Assembly: GCA_014728015.1 (NCBI GenBank) | Contig: WJMI01000079.1 | Span: forward strand, 1 to 54,013 | Reading direction: 5' to 3' | DNA: 54,013 bases | DNA from: Chitinivibrionales bacterium | GTDB lineage: Bacteria; Fibrobacterota; Chitinivibrionia; Chitinivibrionales; WJMI01 | In this document: piece by piece, positions 1-8,993 of the stretch | Numbering within the stretch: position 1 is the first letter of the stretch | Layout: each line of letters opens with the position of its first letter | The notes under the pieces: generated by a model | The model's input: only the letters and a program-made list of their open reading frames with translations | What the model was told of the DNA's origin: nothing | Database searches by the model: none | Program-made: the position numbers and the translations under genes

Positions 1-2951
1 GGCCTTCCGTTCATTCGCAGCACGTTGTCCATGGTATTCATCACGCGCACCTCAAGCGTATTGCGGCGTTGTTCGCATGCGCTCGTGATATCGATCTCCA
101 TGGGATGCCAGCTGAACGTCCCCAGGCTCTTCTGATTGAGAAAGACCTCGACCGGTCCTGATGTGTGGGTGAATTTCAGTACAATGCGCTTGTACCCAGA
201 GGGCAGCTCGAAATCCTGGCGGTAGGTGCCGGAACCGCTCAGGTACGGGAACCCGTACTTTGTCCATGAATCGTAGCCGGCCATGGACAGCGGGCGATCG
301 ATTGTCCATCCTTTGGTACCGCGCGCGATGGCAAACGATCCGGCGATGAGCGGAGGATATACAATAGTTGTCGGATCGCCGGTCAGGCTGACCGTGCGCA
401 CGGATACCCGGTTGAAGCCTTTGACCAGCAGGTGACGGATGTCGTATTTGGCGCTCTGGGGCCCGCAGAATGCAACTGCCCTTCCGAAAAGCTCCGGCTG
501 GTTCTCGCCGGCAGCATCGGAGCGCATCGGCTCGACCACGTTTCCGTTCACCGCCAGCTCGAACGTCTTGCCGGCGGATTCCGAGAGAGAGCCCTGCACG
601 GGGAAACCGCACAGGGTGAACACGCAGGTGTCCGGTATTTCCCGGGCCTCGAAATATGACTCACAGTAGTGCGAATATCCGCCGGATTCGCGGCTGAGAC
701 CTATGCGGGTGTTCCAGTTCGCCAGCGGAAGAACATTGAGGTCGTTGGGCGTGAATGCCCACTGGTCTTTGAGAACGATCCGATAGTTGCGCGGCTGCGT
801 GCCCGCCTTGTGCACGACGCTGCTCTTGGTCTTACGCTGGTTCGCGGTGGTGATCTTGGTGGATGATGCCGCGATGATATAGGTGACGCGCGGGGCGAAT
901 GTCAGACCCATCGTGGACATCTTCCCCTCCCGCTGCACGTTCTTGAGTTCGTGAAGCTCTCCGGAGAGGCAGTCGGCCAGGTAGAAATGACGGGCGGCCG
1001 GCAGTTGAACGGTAGCGAAGAAATCGCGGCGCTCAGCCATATTATGCAGTACATACACCTCATAGTTGCTTCCGGACCCGTGCGCGGCGTAGATGTCGGG
1101 GCAACGTTTCCCGCTCACGCTTACCCGCGCGGCCGGCGGAATGTGTTTCACAAACGGCGACAACTCCTTGGGAGCGGCTACGTGGACGTTTTTCTTGCGG
1201 GTTCTCAGGAGTTTCTCCACGCGCTGGGTGAAGGCCGGGGAGATACCGTCATCGAGATTTCCCTGCGGCGGGTCCGCGATGAATATCGCGGTCCCTTTCT
1301 TCGCGGTAAGCTTCTCGACCTGCACGAACACGCTCCGGTTGATAAGGCGCGAGTAGGGAATGATTGCCACCTGGTACCTTCCCTTGCGGATGCGGTCCGA
1401 CGTGCTGAACTCCCCGTTGGCCCGAATCGAGCAGGCGACAAAGAGTTCTTCGCTGACAATGTCGTAGTCGACGTTCAGGCGCTGGAGCTCGGCGATGGTC
1501 TTTGCGAGAAGGCCCGTGCCGCGCCGAATGCTTTCGTTGTTTCCCGGCAGGTAGTCGGCGGTCAAAGATGAGCTCGGCATGATCACGGCCGCGGGGCGCG
1601 TAAAATGGACCGTCTTGAGAAGCCCTGCGAGCCGCGCGCTGTATGCGCAGAGGTTGACGGTCTGATCCCATGCGGGATAGTACCACGACGGATTGAACGG
1701 CGTGCGCACGTGGCTGCGATGGTCCAGGTTGAAAAAACAGCCGTCAAGAAGAACTCGCGAGGGACCGTTGAGCGCGTGCAGATCGATTTCGGTTTTCAGG
1801 CTCTGCAGCGTGGCACCCGCGCACAGATGGTTCCGGCCGATGACAGAGACGGTCTCGCGCTTATGCTCGATGGCGTTGCTGTCGGCCACGCTGCGCACGA
1901 CAGCGGCGGAGCTCTCCGTGCCTTCCTGGTTCTGCACGCCATACGATGCAAGCGGAACAGGAGCGACCGCAAGACAGTCCCTGAGGGCGTTAGTGGCGTG
2001 GAGCACGTTGCGCTCCGGTCCCAGTACCCATTGCGACAGGCGGTGCTTCTTGGCCCAGGACTCCAGGACCCCGGCAAAGCGCTCGTGCATCAGTTGCGCC
2101 ATGAATGAATAGACGGCGACACGTTCCCTGGCAAAGGTGTCTTCCGTTTCGAGAAACAGCACGGGAAGCGTTTTCACCAGGTCCTTTTTGAATTTGGTAT
2201 GGTAGCGCGCGACCAGCTCGGAATCCCAGGGGATGGCGTTTTCCGCCGGAAGGCATGCGGGGACCTCGGTAACAATTCCCTGAAACGTTGCGGGCGCGTA
2301 CTTGGAGAACCTTCCCGTGAACTCCTCGAGGACTTCCTGCACGTAGGTGTGCGCAGTGACCGAATTGAACGGATTCGGGATGAAGTGCCCGTCCGGCTCG
2401 ACCATCTCGCTCGCGCGCAGGACCATGACCTGCCAGTCGCCCCCGGTTGCTTTGAATGAAACCCGATCAACACCGCGGGCCGGCGCCAGCACTTTTACGG
2501 TCTTGGGATCGATCCGGTCGTTCTTGATTCCGGTGGCAAGAACGTAGATGGAATCGGGATCGTCGATTGCGCGCTCGAAGGATGCGCGGCTCGGGACGAT
2601 TTCCGCATGTTCGAGGGTGAGCTGGCGCGCGCGAAGCGCGCTGTCGTATTGGGCAAGACCCTCGAAAAAATCATTGAATGGAAGCGCGAAATCATCGGCA
2701 AGCCTCACGCCGAATCCGACACTTTTCGCCGTTGCTAAAACGAGTTCGAAATACTCGAAAAATTCCTCGGACAAGTACGCCGGGTCCATGTCGCGAGAGG
2801 GCCGGATAGCAACTCCTCCGAATCCGTTCTCAACGAATGAATTGAGCTGATCGATAAGATCGAGCTCTGATATCTGCTTGTTCCAGAGCCACAGTGCCCA
2901 CGGACGGCAGTCCGGCGCGGGCCTGGCGAGTGCGTCTTTAACCTTTTTCAA
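1..2951 (-). CDS. Glycoside hydrolase-like protein (GH106 / alpha-L-rhamnosidase-like N-terminus, galactose-binding-like C-terminal domain); 3' end runs off the window
   Basis: This frame is absent from the ORF track because it has no stop inside the window. My reverse-complement translation from TTG 2951 stays open to base 1 (~983 codons). GGAG lies 5 nt upstream of the TTG, and an in-frame TGA lies a few codons further up. The protein reads LKKVKDALARPAPDCRPWALWLWNKQISELDLIDQLNSFVENGFGGVAIRP ... GTYRQDFELPSGYKRIVLKFTHTSGPVEVFLNQKSLG ... LEVRVMNTMDNVL. No minus-strand ORF is listed in this frame, and all listed ORFs in 1-2950 are short. No signal peptide is visible. Confidence 0.8.
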   Translation of the reverse strand, partial: MKKVKDALARPAPDCRPWALWLWNKQISELDLIDQLNSFVENGFGGVAIRPSRDMDPAYLSEEFFEYFELVLATAKSVGFGVRLADDFALPFNDFFEGLAQYDSALRARQLTLEHAEIVPSRASFERAIDDPDSIYVLATGIKNDRIDPKTVKVLAPARGVDRVSFKATGGDWQVMVLRASEMVEPDGHFIPNPFNSVTAHTYVQEVLEEFTGRFSKYAPATFQGIVTEVPACLPAENAIPWDSELVARYHTKFKKDLVKTLPVLFLETEDTFARERVAVYSFMAQLMHERFAGVLESWAKKHRLSQWVLGPERNVLHATNALRDCLAVAPVPLASYGVQNQEGTESSAAVVRSVADSNAIEHKRETVSVIGRNHLCAGATLQSLKTEIDLHALNGPSRVLLDGCFFNLDHRSHVRTPFNPSWYYPAWDQTVNLCAYSARLAGLLKTVHFTRPAAVIMPSSSLTADYLPGNNESIRRGTGLLAKTIAELQRLNVDYDIVSEELFVACSIRANGEFSTSDRIRKGRYQVAIIPYSRLINRSVFVQVEKLTAKKGTAIFIADPPQGNLDDGISPAFTQRVEKLLRTRKKNVHVAAPKELSPFVKHIPPAARVSVSGKRCPDIYAAHGSGSNYEVYVLHNMAERRDFFATVQLPAARHFYLADCLSGELHELKNVQREGKMSTMGLTFAPRVTYIIAASSTKITTANQRKTKSSVVHKAGTQPRNYRIVLKDQWAFTPNDLNVLPLANWNTRIGLSRESGGYSHYCESYFEAREIPDTCVFTLCGFPVQGSLSESAGKTFELAVNGNVVEPMRSDAAGENQPELFGRAVAFCGPQSAKYDIRHLLVKGFNRVSVRTVSLTGDPTTIVYPPLIAGSFAIARGTKGWTIDRPLSMAGYDSWTKYGFPYLSGSGTYRQDFELPSGYKRIVLKFTHTSGPVEVFLNQKSLGTFSWHPMEIDITSACEQRRNTLEVRVMNTMDNVLRMNGR

Positions 2952-3263
2952 GACCACTCCTTCTGAATAGGGAAATACAAGTCGATGATTTCATTGGAAA
3001 AGCAATCTCCTGCCCGCAAAACGCGATGAATCTCGCAAGACTTAAGCGAGGCCCCTCCCGGCAGTCGCTGAACAGAAGAACTGGCAACAAATTCATGAAG
3101 AGGAACAAATTACATCAGGTCATTCGTTCCGTCAAGGAATTTCTCTAATGCTTCATTGTAGAAAGGCGAGTTAACTAATTGATAAACAGTATGTTATAGA
3201 ACGTACGTGCGGGCCGGCCGGGCAGACTCTTGTTGTCAGGGTAAAACGGTTCAACGCTTTGAT

Positions 3264-3293
3264 AAAAAAAGAATTACAGGCTTGCAGAGCCTG
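3264..3293 (-). terminator. Possible rho-independent terminator after the LOG-like gene
   Basis: On the minus strand there is a 6-bp stem CAGGCT/AGCCTG (3277-3293, 5-nt loop), then a 6-nt spacer and a run of 7 T (plus-strand A-run 3264-3270). The spacer weakens the call. Confidence 0.35.
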
Positions 3294-3356
3294 ATACAAA
3301 GGAAGAAAGGGGTCCTCATCATGCCGCACGACGAGGATATCGACGAATGCGGCGAC

Positions 3357-3839
3357 CTATGCGCACGCATTTAGCGCTAAACCAACGGCTTGTCCCGGAT
3401 CGTGGGCTTCCTTGAACAGGGCGCTGTCAACCCGGCCTATCCGCTTCAGATCCCAAGAACCAGGCATATAAACCACTGTTTTGCCGTGGGTTAGGGCCAG
3501 AGCTATTTCGCTGAGGGTTCCGTAAGAGCCGGGGAACGCGATGAGAACGTCAGAAGCGCGCACAACCAGGAGATTTCGACCGACTCCTAATCCTGTCGGG
3601 AGTGCCACATGCACGAAATGGTTTGCTGATGCTTTTGTATCCCCGGGAAGAAGCCCGACCACAAGACCGCCATTGTCGGATGCCCCGCGGCTGGCCGCCT
3701 CCATGACTCCGCCAAGTCCGCCGCAGACCAGAACGGCGCTGTTCATGGCAATATGCCTGCCAACGTCATAGGCAGCCGCAGCAGTATCGTCCGATACCTG
3801 AGAACCGCCGAGGACTCCAATAGTTATTCGCGGGGGCAT
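3357..3839 (-). CDS. LOG / TIGR00725-family (SLOG fold) protein, lysine-decarboxylase-like nucleotide-binding protein
   Basis: 160 aa. Motifs CGGLGGVMEAASRGA and FPGSYGTLSEI match the GGxGxME and PGGxGTxxE signatures of the LOG/TIGR00725 family. The start lies 3 nt from the yjbQ stop. Confidence 0.8.
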   Translation of the reverse strand: MPPRITIGVLGGSQVSDDTAAAAYDVGRHIAMNSAVLVCGGLGGVMEAASRGASDNGGLVVGLLPGDTKASANHFVHVALPTGLGVGRNLLVVRASDVLIAFPGSYGTLSEIALALTHGKTVVYMPGSWDLKRIGRVDSALFKEAHDPGQAVGLALNACA

Positions 3840-3842
3840 GCC

Positions 3843-4259
3843 CTATTCCCCGATGATTTTGATAAGGATACGCTTCTTCCGGCGACCGTCAAACTCGCCG
3901 TAGAAAATCTGCTCCCAGGGGCCGAAATCGAGTTTTGCCCCGGTTACCGCCACCACCACCTCACGTCCCATAATCTGTCGCTTGAGATGTGCATCGCCGT
4001 TGTCCTCGTAACCGTTGTGCCGGTAGCGGCTTACCGGCTCGTGCGGGGCAAGACCCTCAAGCCAGTCGTCATAGTCCTTAAGAAGGCCGGGTTCGTCATC
4101 GTTGATATAGACACTGGCCGTGATATGCATTGCATTAACCAGACAGAGCCCTTCCTGGATTCCGCTTTTCCTGAGGGCCGACTCGACCTTGGGCGTTATA
4201 TTGACATAGTCCCTGCGGGAGGGAACATTTAACTCGATTACTTCGCGGTACGATTTCAT
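3843..4259 (-). CDS. yjbQ: YjbQ/UPF0047 family protein (secondary thiamine-phosphate synthase-like)
   Basis: 138 aa. The length and sequence pattern are typical of YjbQ: ...[27 protein letters not shown] ... [39 protein letters not shown]. Confidence 0.8.
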   Translation of the reverse strand: MKSYREVIELNVPSRRDYVNITPKVESALRKSGIQEGLCLVNAMHITASVYINDDEPGLLKDYDDWLEGLAPHEPVSRYRHNGYEDNGDAHLKRQIMGREVVVAVTGAKLDFGPWEQIFYGEFDGRRKKRILIKIIGE

Positions 4260-4302
4260 GCGATCGGCCTTGTCTGTCAGGTGCCGGATTCAAGGCAGCC
4301 AG

Positions 4303-5712
4303 CTATGTGAGACCGGAAGGGCTTTCCCATATCGCCTTGTCGAGAAGGCCCTGCTTCGTCTCAATCGGCTTGGATATAGTCATGAGAATCGTGCCGCCCT
4401 TGAACATGGAAACCATGCCGGTTGATTCCGACACGGTTATGGCAAGAGCGTCCGTGCATGCCGTGATGCCGGCCGCCGCGGCATGGCGTGCGCCGAACCC
4501 GCTTGGCAGGGCCTCGATCTCGACGCCACCTTCAGGCCGGAGATAGCTGCCGGCAGATAGAAGAATGCCGTCGCCCGTAATAATGAAGGCGCCGTCGATA
4601 GCGGCGAACTCCTTGATGGTTTCGCCGAGGCCGGGATCGAGGATATTTCGTTCCGCCTCGCTGTACCCTCGAAACGGGTTGATGATGAGCTGCCGCACGT
4701 GTGCCGTGACCGAGTTTGTATCGCCTAGAACGAAGATGGTGCCCGTGGGTTTTCCCTCGCGTCCTTCGACGGCAATCTCGCCGGCCAGTGCCACCAGGCG
4801 CTCAAGCACTTCGGGTTTGACATCAGGAGGAAGCAGTGTCGGCGCGGCACTGAGAAAAAACTTGTATTCGGTTGCGACATCGAGCGCGATGACCGTATCG
4901 AATGTCTGGGATTTCGAGTTTCCCGAGAGGCACACGACCCGGTCGCCTTTCTGGATGAGGTTGCGGGAGAGGGCGAGCAGGACCCCGATTTTTATCTGGC
5001 CGGTGCGGGATGCGGGGAACGCGGGCGCGTGAATGAGCGCGGTGATTCGCTTGTCCTTCGCGCTGAATCTTGTTTTGGTGCTTGTCGCGATAATCAGGCG
5101 CACGCGTGATCGAATCTGGTCCAGAAACGAATCATCGGAAACCGCATCGGCAAATACGAGAAGCGCCGATGCCTTGAGCTCCTTGGCGAGGTTGACCGCG
5201 GCCGGAATGACCGGATTCCCCGCCTTTTTTCCGGCACGTCCCGTCCGCTCGGTCTTGCGCGGTGCGCGTGATGCCGATGCGAGCGCGCGAATATTGAGCG
5301 GGGTGTCCGACGACAGAATGCGTTTCCTGATGGCTTCGGTCCTGAAAAACGAATCGAGCTGAGAGAGCAGCTCGATTGAGCTTTCCTGGTCGGACTCACG
5401 GGACATCAGAAGCACGATAATGTGTGCCTTGGCGCTCCTGGCCGCATCGTATTGGATTCCCTCAATACTGCGGCCGACCGCAAGAGCAAAGGGGTCCTTG
5501 ATTGGCGCGCGGGTTTGAGGAATCGCGATGCCCTGCCCCATGAATGTCGAAGCGGCTTCCTCGCGGCGCAGCATCTCGTCTGTAACCGGCTTCACCTTCC
5601 GTATATTGAGGGCCTTGCAGAGAGGGAGCGCGAGTTCCTTGAGCGCCTCGGTCTTGTCGCTGGCGTGGAGATCGACGACGGTCGGGACTTTGATGTAACG
5701 CGCGAATGCCAC
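4303..5712 (-). CDS. Three-domain diadenylate cyclase: PTS EIIA-type-2-like domain + pyruvate-kinase-C-like linker domain + DAC (DisA_N) domain
   Basis: The C-terminus carries DAC motifs AIDGAFIITGDG and GARHAAAAGIT. The N-terminus aligns to PtsN-type EIIA (GQGIAIPQTR versus canonical GIAIPH). I moved the start from track position 5781 to GTG 5712, because AAGGAG sits 6 nt upstream and the upstream gene's TAA lies at 5723-5725. The product is 469 aa. Confidence 0.8.
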   Translation of the reverse strand: MAFARYIKVPTVVDLHASDKTEALKELALPLCKALNIRKVKPVTDEMLRREEAASTFMGQGIAIPQTRAPIKDPFALAVGRSIEGIQYDAARSAKAHIIVLLMSRESDQESSIELLSQLDSFFRTEAIRKRILSSDTPLNIRALASASRAPRKTERTGRAGKKAGNPVIPAAVNLAKELKASALLVFADAVSDDSFLDQIRSRVRLIIATSTKTRFSAKDKRITALIHAPAFPASRTGQIKIGVLLALSRNLIQKGDRVVCLSGNSKSQTFDTVIALDVATEYKFFLSAAPTLLPPDVKPEVLERLVALAGEIAVEGREGKPTGTIFVLGDTNSVTAHVRQLIINPFRGYSEAERNILDPGLGETIKEFAAIDGAFIITGDGILLSAGSYLRPEGGVEIEALPSGFGARHAAAAGITACTDALAITVSESTGMVSMFKGGTILMTISKPIETKQGLLDKAIWESPSGLT

Positions 5713-5722
5713 GGCAGACTCC

Positions 5723-6844
5723 TTACTCCGGCGCGATGGATGCGGCGTGATAGCTGACAATGGAAGGCCGCCGGACAACAATCGTGTTGCGGCGTGACGT
5801 GACGGCCCTGAGGGCGGCCAGTTGTTCCGTCCCCTTATCGACTATCTGCTCTTCGGTGAGCGTATCGAGAGATTTCGTGTTCCGTTTTTGATCGCGGGCC
5901 CGCGCCACAATCGTGCCCGCGCGATCGATGACTGCGGCGCGAGGACAGCTCCGGTCCCCGCCGGTCGCGGCGGCGCATATGTGAATGGGCAGGAGACGGT
6001 ACAGGCGCATGAATTCCTCGAACAGATGGTTTCCCGCGACCTGCATGGCCCTGCGAAACGCGGAAAAGTCATCACGCGCCTTCGCGCTATAGCACTCCTT
6101 GAGGTCCACGATGTCGCTGACCCGTACCGGCTCCCTGTAGTCGATGAATACCTCGCCATGCTTCTTTCTGCTCTTGTTGGCGAGAATGAATTCGGTACAT
6201 GCCATGAGGTCCGCGCCGAAATAGAGCATGTTTCCGCGGATGCGGTTCAGCAGATATCCGTTCGCCTTGCGGATCGCCCGCCCCTTCTCGAGGGTCTCGA
6301 AATAGCGCACTTCGGGAAGCCGCTCGTAGGAAATTGTCAAAGGAAAAAATGCGTGTTCCCGCTCCGGGTTCCGCCACTGGGCTACGATGCTGGCGCCTAT
6401 CAGCCCGTACTTGATCTCCATCATGTTGCCCTTGTAGCTGCGGCCGCCTTCGGGAAACACAATAACATTGCCGCCGTCGTTGAGCATGGCTACCACCTGC
6501 TCGCACAGCGTTCGCACATAGGTCCGGTTCATCGCGCGCGTGCGGCTCACCGGGAACGCGCCCCAGCTGAGAAATCGCGGCCCGATAAGAGGCAGCCCGG
6601 TCAGATTGTCACCCGCGGCGTAGCGAATATTATGCACCCCGATCCTATGAAGGAATGATCCAAGTATGAAATAGTCGGTATGGCTGCGGTGGGTGCATAC
6701 CGGCATGAGCGAAAGCCGCCCCAAGTATGCCGGATCAAGAGCCGGACCCTCGAAATGCATTGCCGCAAAGGTGTTCTCGAGAAACGAACCGACCCTGCTT
6801 GCCAGGCGGTTCAGATATTCTGCATCGTGCATCGGCAAGTACAT
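5723..6844 (-). CDS. Glycerol-3-phosphate / lysophospholipid acyltransferase family protein (PlsB/PlsC-like)
   Basis: The HxxxxD box is HRSHTDY and the FPEGGRS box is present. The track start is a TTG at 6922, which abuts a terminator hairpin, so ATG 6844 is preferred (GAGGAG just upstream; ATG 6832 is also possible). The start remains uncertain. Confidence 0.75.
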   Translation of the reverse strand: MYLPMHDAEYLNRLASRVGSFLENTFAAMHFEGPALDPAYLGRLSLMPVCTHRSHTDYFILGSFLHRIGVHNIRYAAGDNLTGLPLIGPRFLSWGAFPVSRTRAMNRTYVRTLCEQVVAMLNDGGNVIVFPEGGRSYKGNMMEIKYGLIGASIVAQWRNPEREHAFFPLTISYERLPEVRYFETLEKGRAIRKANGYLLNRIRGNMLYFGADLMACTEFILANKSRKKHGEVFIDYREPVRVSDIVDLKECYSAKARDDFSAFRRAMQVAGNHLFEEFMRLYRLLPIHICAAATGGDRSCPRAAVIDRAGTIVARARDQKRNTKSLDTLTEEQIVDKGTEQLAALRAVTSRRNTIVVRRPSIVSYHAASIAPE

Positions 6845-6924
6845 GCTCCTCGCGAATTCAGGGACGCAGCGCCAGAAAAAATACGATCCGAGGCTGCGAA
6901 AATGAAAGAGCCTAAACAGCAACG

Positions 6925-6949
6925 AAAAAGGGGCAAGGACATCTGCCCC
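6925..6949 (-). terminator. Rho-independent terminator downstream of the Cys-rich gene
   Basis: The minus strand reads GGGGCA-gatgtcct-TGCCCC followed by TTTTT (stem 6930-6949, T-run = plus-strand A 6925-6929). Confidence 0.5.
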
Positions 6950-6991
6950 TGCCCCTGGCTCCGTGCATGTGGCTGCGAATGGAAGCGCGCC

Positions 6992-7441
6992 CTAGGCGGC
7001 GCCTTTGACAGCATTCTGGACAAGCCCGCGGGCTGAGGGCTCGAGCTCGAAGCTTTCCCCTTCTTTCACCATCTGCTCTATCAGATCGTGTCTGCCTATC
7101 TGCTGCAAATGGCGAACACGCCGGTATTCGTTTCTATGCTCCGGGCAGTATTTGGGGTACACATACTGCCGAGGATAGATCTTGACCTCGAACTGATGAT
7201 CGCATCCCTCAAGCGCACAGGTCATTACCATGGTCACGACTTCGGTGTAATTGTGCTTGTACGTCTGGTTCTTTATATTGACGTCTTCGGGTTTGGTCCG
7301 CTTGCGAATGCGATACCTGTCCTGCCTGTGCTCAGGGCAGTATTTCGAGATGTGAATCCCGAAAAAGATCTTGCCGCACCCGGGATACTGGCACCGCTTC
7401 TCACGAAGCTTCTGCCGCCTTCTGGACTTGGGCAACTGCAT
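6992..7441 (-). CDS. Small basic Cys-rich protein with a duplicated C-x4-C...KYCPEHR zinc-ribbon-like module; function unknown
   Basis: 149 aa. It contains two internal repeats: CQYPGCGKIF..KYCPEHRQDRYR and CALEGCDHQF..KYCPEHRNEYRR. The gene is visibly AT-richer than its neighbours. I recognise no family. Confidence 0.7.
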   Translation of the reverse strand: MQLPKSRRRQKLREKRCQYPGCGKIFFGIHISKYCPEHRQDRYRIRKRTKPEDVNIKNQTYKHNYTEVVTMVMTCALEGCDHQFEVKIYPRQYVYPKYCPEHRNEYRRVRHLQQIGRHDLIEQMVKEGESFELEPSARGLVQNAVKGAA

Positions 7442-7890
7442 GTATGTGCTCCTTTTTTAGGAAAGGGGCCTTTGAATATATAACCAAAAGAATTGCAGGA
7501 AGTTACTGCGAATTGCTCCAGTAATATATCGACACTGGTCCGAAAATGCAAGTGTTTTGTGTGGAAAAGAGCGTTCAGGCAACGATAACCCGTTCACAAA
7601 TACTGTTGTAACGCACTATACAACAAGCCCTTATGCCTGAAAGGTCGCTGCGAAAAAAACCCGGACCTGCCAGGCCTTTTCGTTGACTCAGGGGTATACC
7701 TCCTCGTCAAGGCGCCTCGCTTCCGCTGCTATTACGAATCTCTTCAGGCCAGATTGACCTGCCTGGGCCATTTGTCGCATTTGGCAGGAGAGGCTTGCAA
7801 TCTGTGTGGAAATTCGATACTATCAGGAGCTGGCCAAAACAGGCGATATTTTATATTTGGGCCTGCCTTAGCCCTGCAGCCGGAATCAAC

Positions 7891-8991
7891 ATGCACGAAG
7901 AATCACCCGATATAAGCGCGCATTCGCAATCCCTTGCGATGCCCGAGAAGCTCACCAAAGAGTGGGTGGCCGCAAACCGCATTCCCCCCGTGCGCCGCGA
8001 GTCCGACCTGGTCCTTGATATGACGCGCACCCGGCTTCTCGATTCGGCCGGGGCCGCCCTTGTTCACCTGCTCGATCGCGAGTGCCGCAGGGCCGGCTCC
8101 CGTCTCGTGCTCCAGGGAATAGACCGGAAGGTACAGGCCACGCTCGCTTCGTGGACCAAAGACATGCCCGGCGAAGAGCCAGAGGCCGAAGCCCTTCCCG
8201 GTGCCGCACTGGTCGCGCTGGGAGAACAGGGCCTCGCGTTCGCGCGTGAGGTTACGACTGCGTTGTCGGTTCTTGCCGAAATCCTGTACTGGGGCACATT
8301 CGGCCTTCTGAAGCGGCGCGACTATCGCCGCGGCGTACTGGGCGAGCAAATGTACCAGCTCGGGTACAAAGCAATTGGCGTGACCGTGTCCCTGGCGTTT
8401 CTCATCGGCATCGTGTTGTCGATCCAGTCCGCGCTGCAGCTTCGCCAGTTCGGGGCCGACGTATTTCTCGTTGCCATGGTGGTGTGGGGGATGATCCGCG
8501 AGATAGGACCGCTCATGACCGCTATCATACTTGCCGCGCGCTCCGGAAGCGCGACCACCGCGGAAATCGCCACCATGGGCGTGCAGGAGGAAATCGATGC
8601 CCTGCGCACCATGGGGCTGAACCACATTCAGTTCGTGGTGGTGCCGAAATTCTGGGCGATATCCCTGACCATGCCGGTGCTGTCGCTTCTGTCAACAACA
8701 TTCGGGATTGTCGGCGGGTTCGCGGTCAGCATGTTCTACCTCGATCTGTCGCCCGCGCTGTTCTGGAGCGAACTTACGAAAAATGTGATCCTGAAAGATT
8801 TCGTTATCAGCTTCATCAAATCGATTGTCTTCGCGTGGTTGATCATCTGGATAGGGGCATACTATGGATTCAAGGTGAAAGGCGGCGCGGAAGAGGTGGG
8901 GCGGGCCACCACCGCATCCGTGGTGACCGCGCTGTTCGTGATTATCATAGCCGATGCGATTTTTTCATTTGTGTACAATATCAAGTTCTAG
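7891..8991 (+). CDS. mlaE: MlaE-family ABC permease with N-terminal STAS (MlaB-like) domain
   Basis: The STAS-like segment reads DLVLDMTRTRLLDSAGAALVHLLDRECRRAGSRLVLQGI. It is followed by a multi-pass MlaE-type permease core. The start is ambiguous: ATG 7891 is used here, and TTG 7795 or GTG 7804 are also in frame. Confidence 0.8.
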   Translation: MHEESPDISAHSQSLAMPEKLTKEWVAANRIPPVRRESDLVLDMTRTRLLDSAGAALVHLLDRECRRAGSRLVLQGIDRKVQATLASWTKDMPGEEPEAEALPGAALVALGEQGLAFAREVTTALSVLAEILYWGTFGLLKRRDYRRGVLGEQMYQLGYKAIGVTVSLAFLIGIVLSIQSALQLRQFGADVFLVAMVVWGMIREIGPLMTAIILAARSGSATTAEIATMGVQEEIDALRTMGLNHIQFVVVPKFWAISLTMPVLSLLSTTFGIVGGFAVSMFYLDLSPALFWSELTKNVILKDFVISFIKSIVFAWLIIWIGAYYGFKVKGGAEEVGRATTASVVTALFVIIIADAIFSFVYNIKF

Positions 8992-8993
8992 CT

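Noticed and set aside
7782-7799. Sigma-54-like TGGCAG...TTGCA upstream of the Mla-like operon
   Set aside because: The GG-to-GC spacing is two bases too long for a -24/-12 promoter, and the alternative GC is two bases too short.
8484-8993. Upstream 170-codon extension of the ABC ATPase ORF
   Set aside because: It overlaps mlaE in another frame and reads as Arg/His/Gly-rich nonsense. The real start is ATG 8994, right after the mlaE stop.
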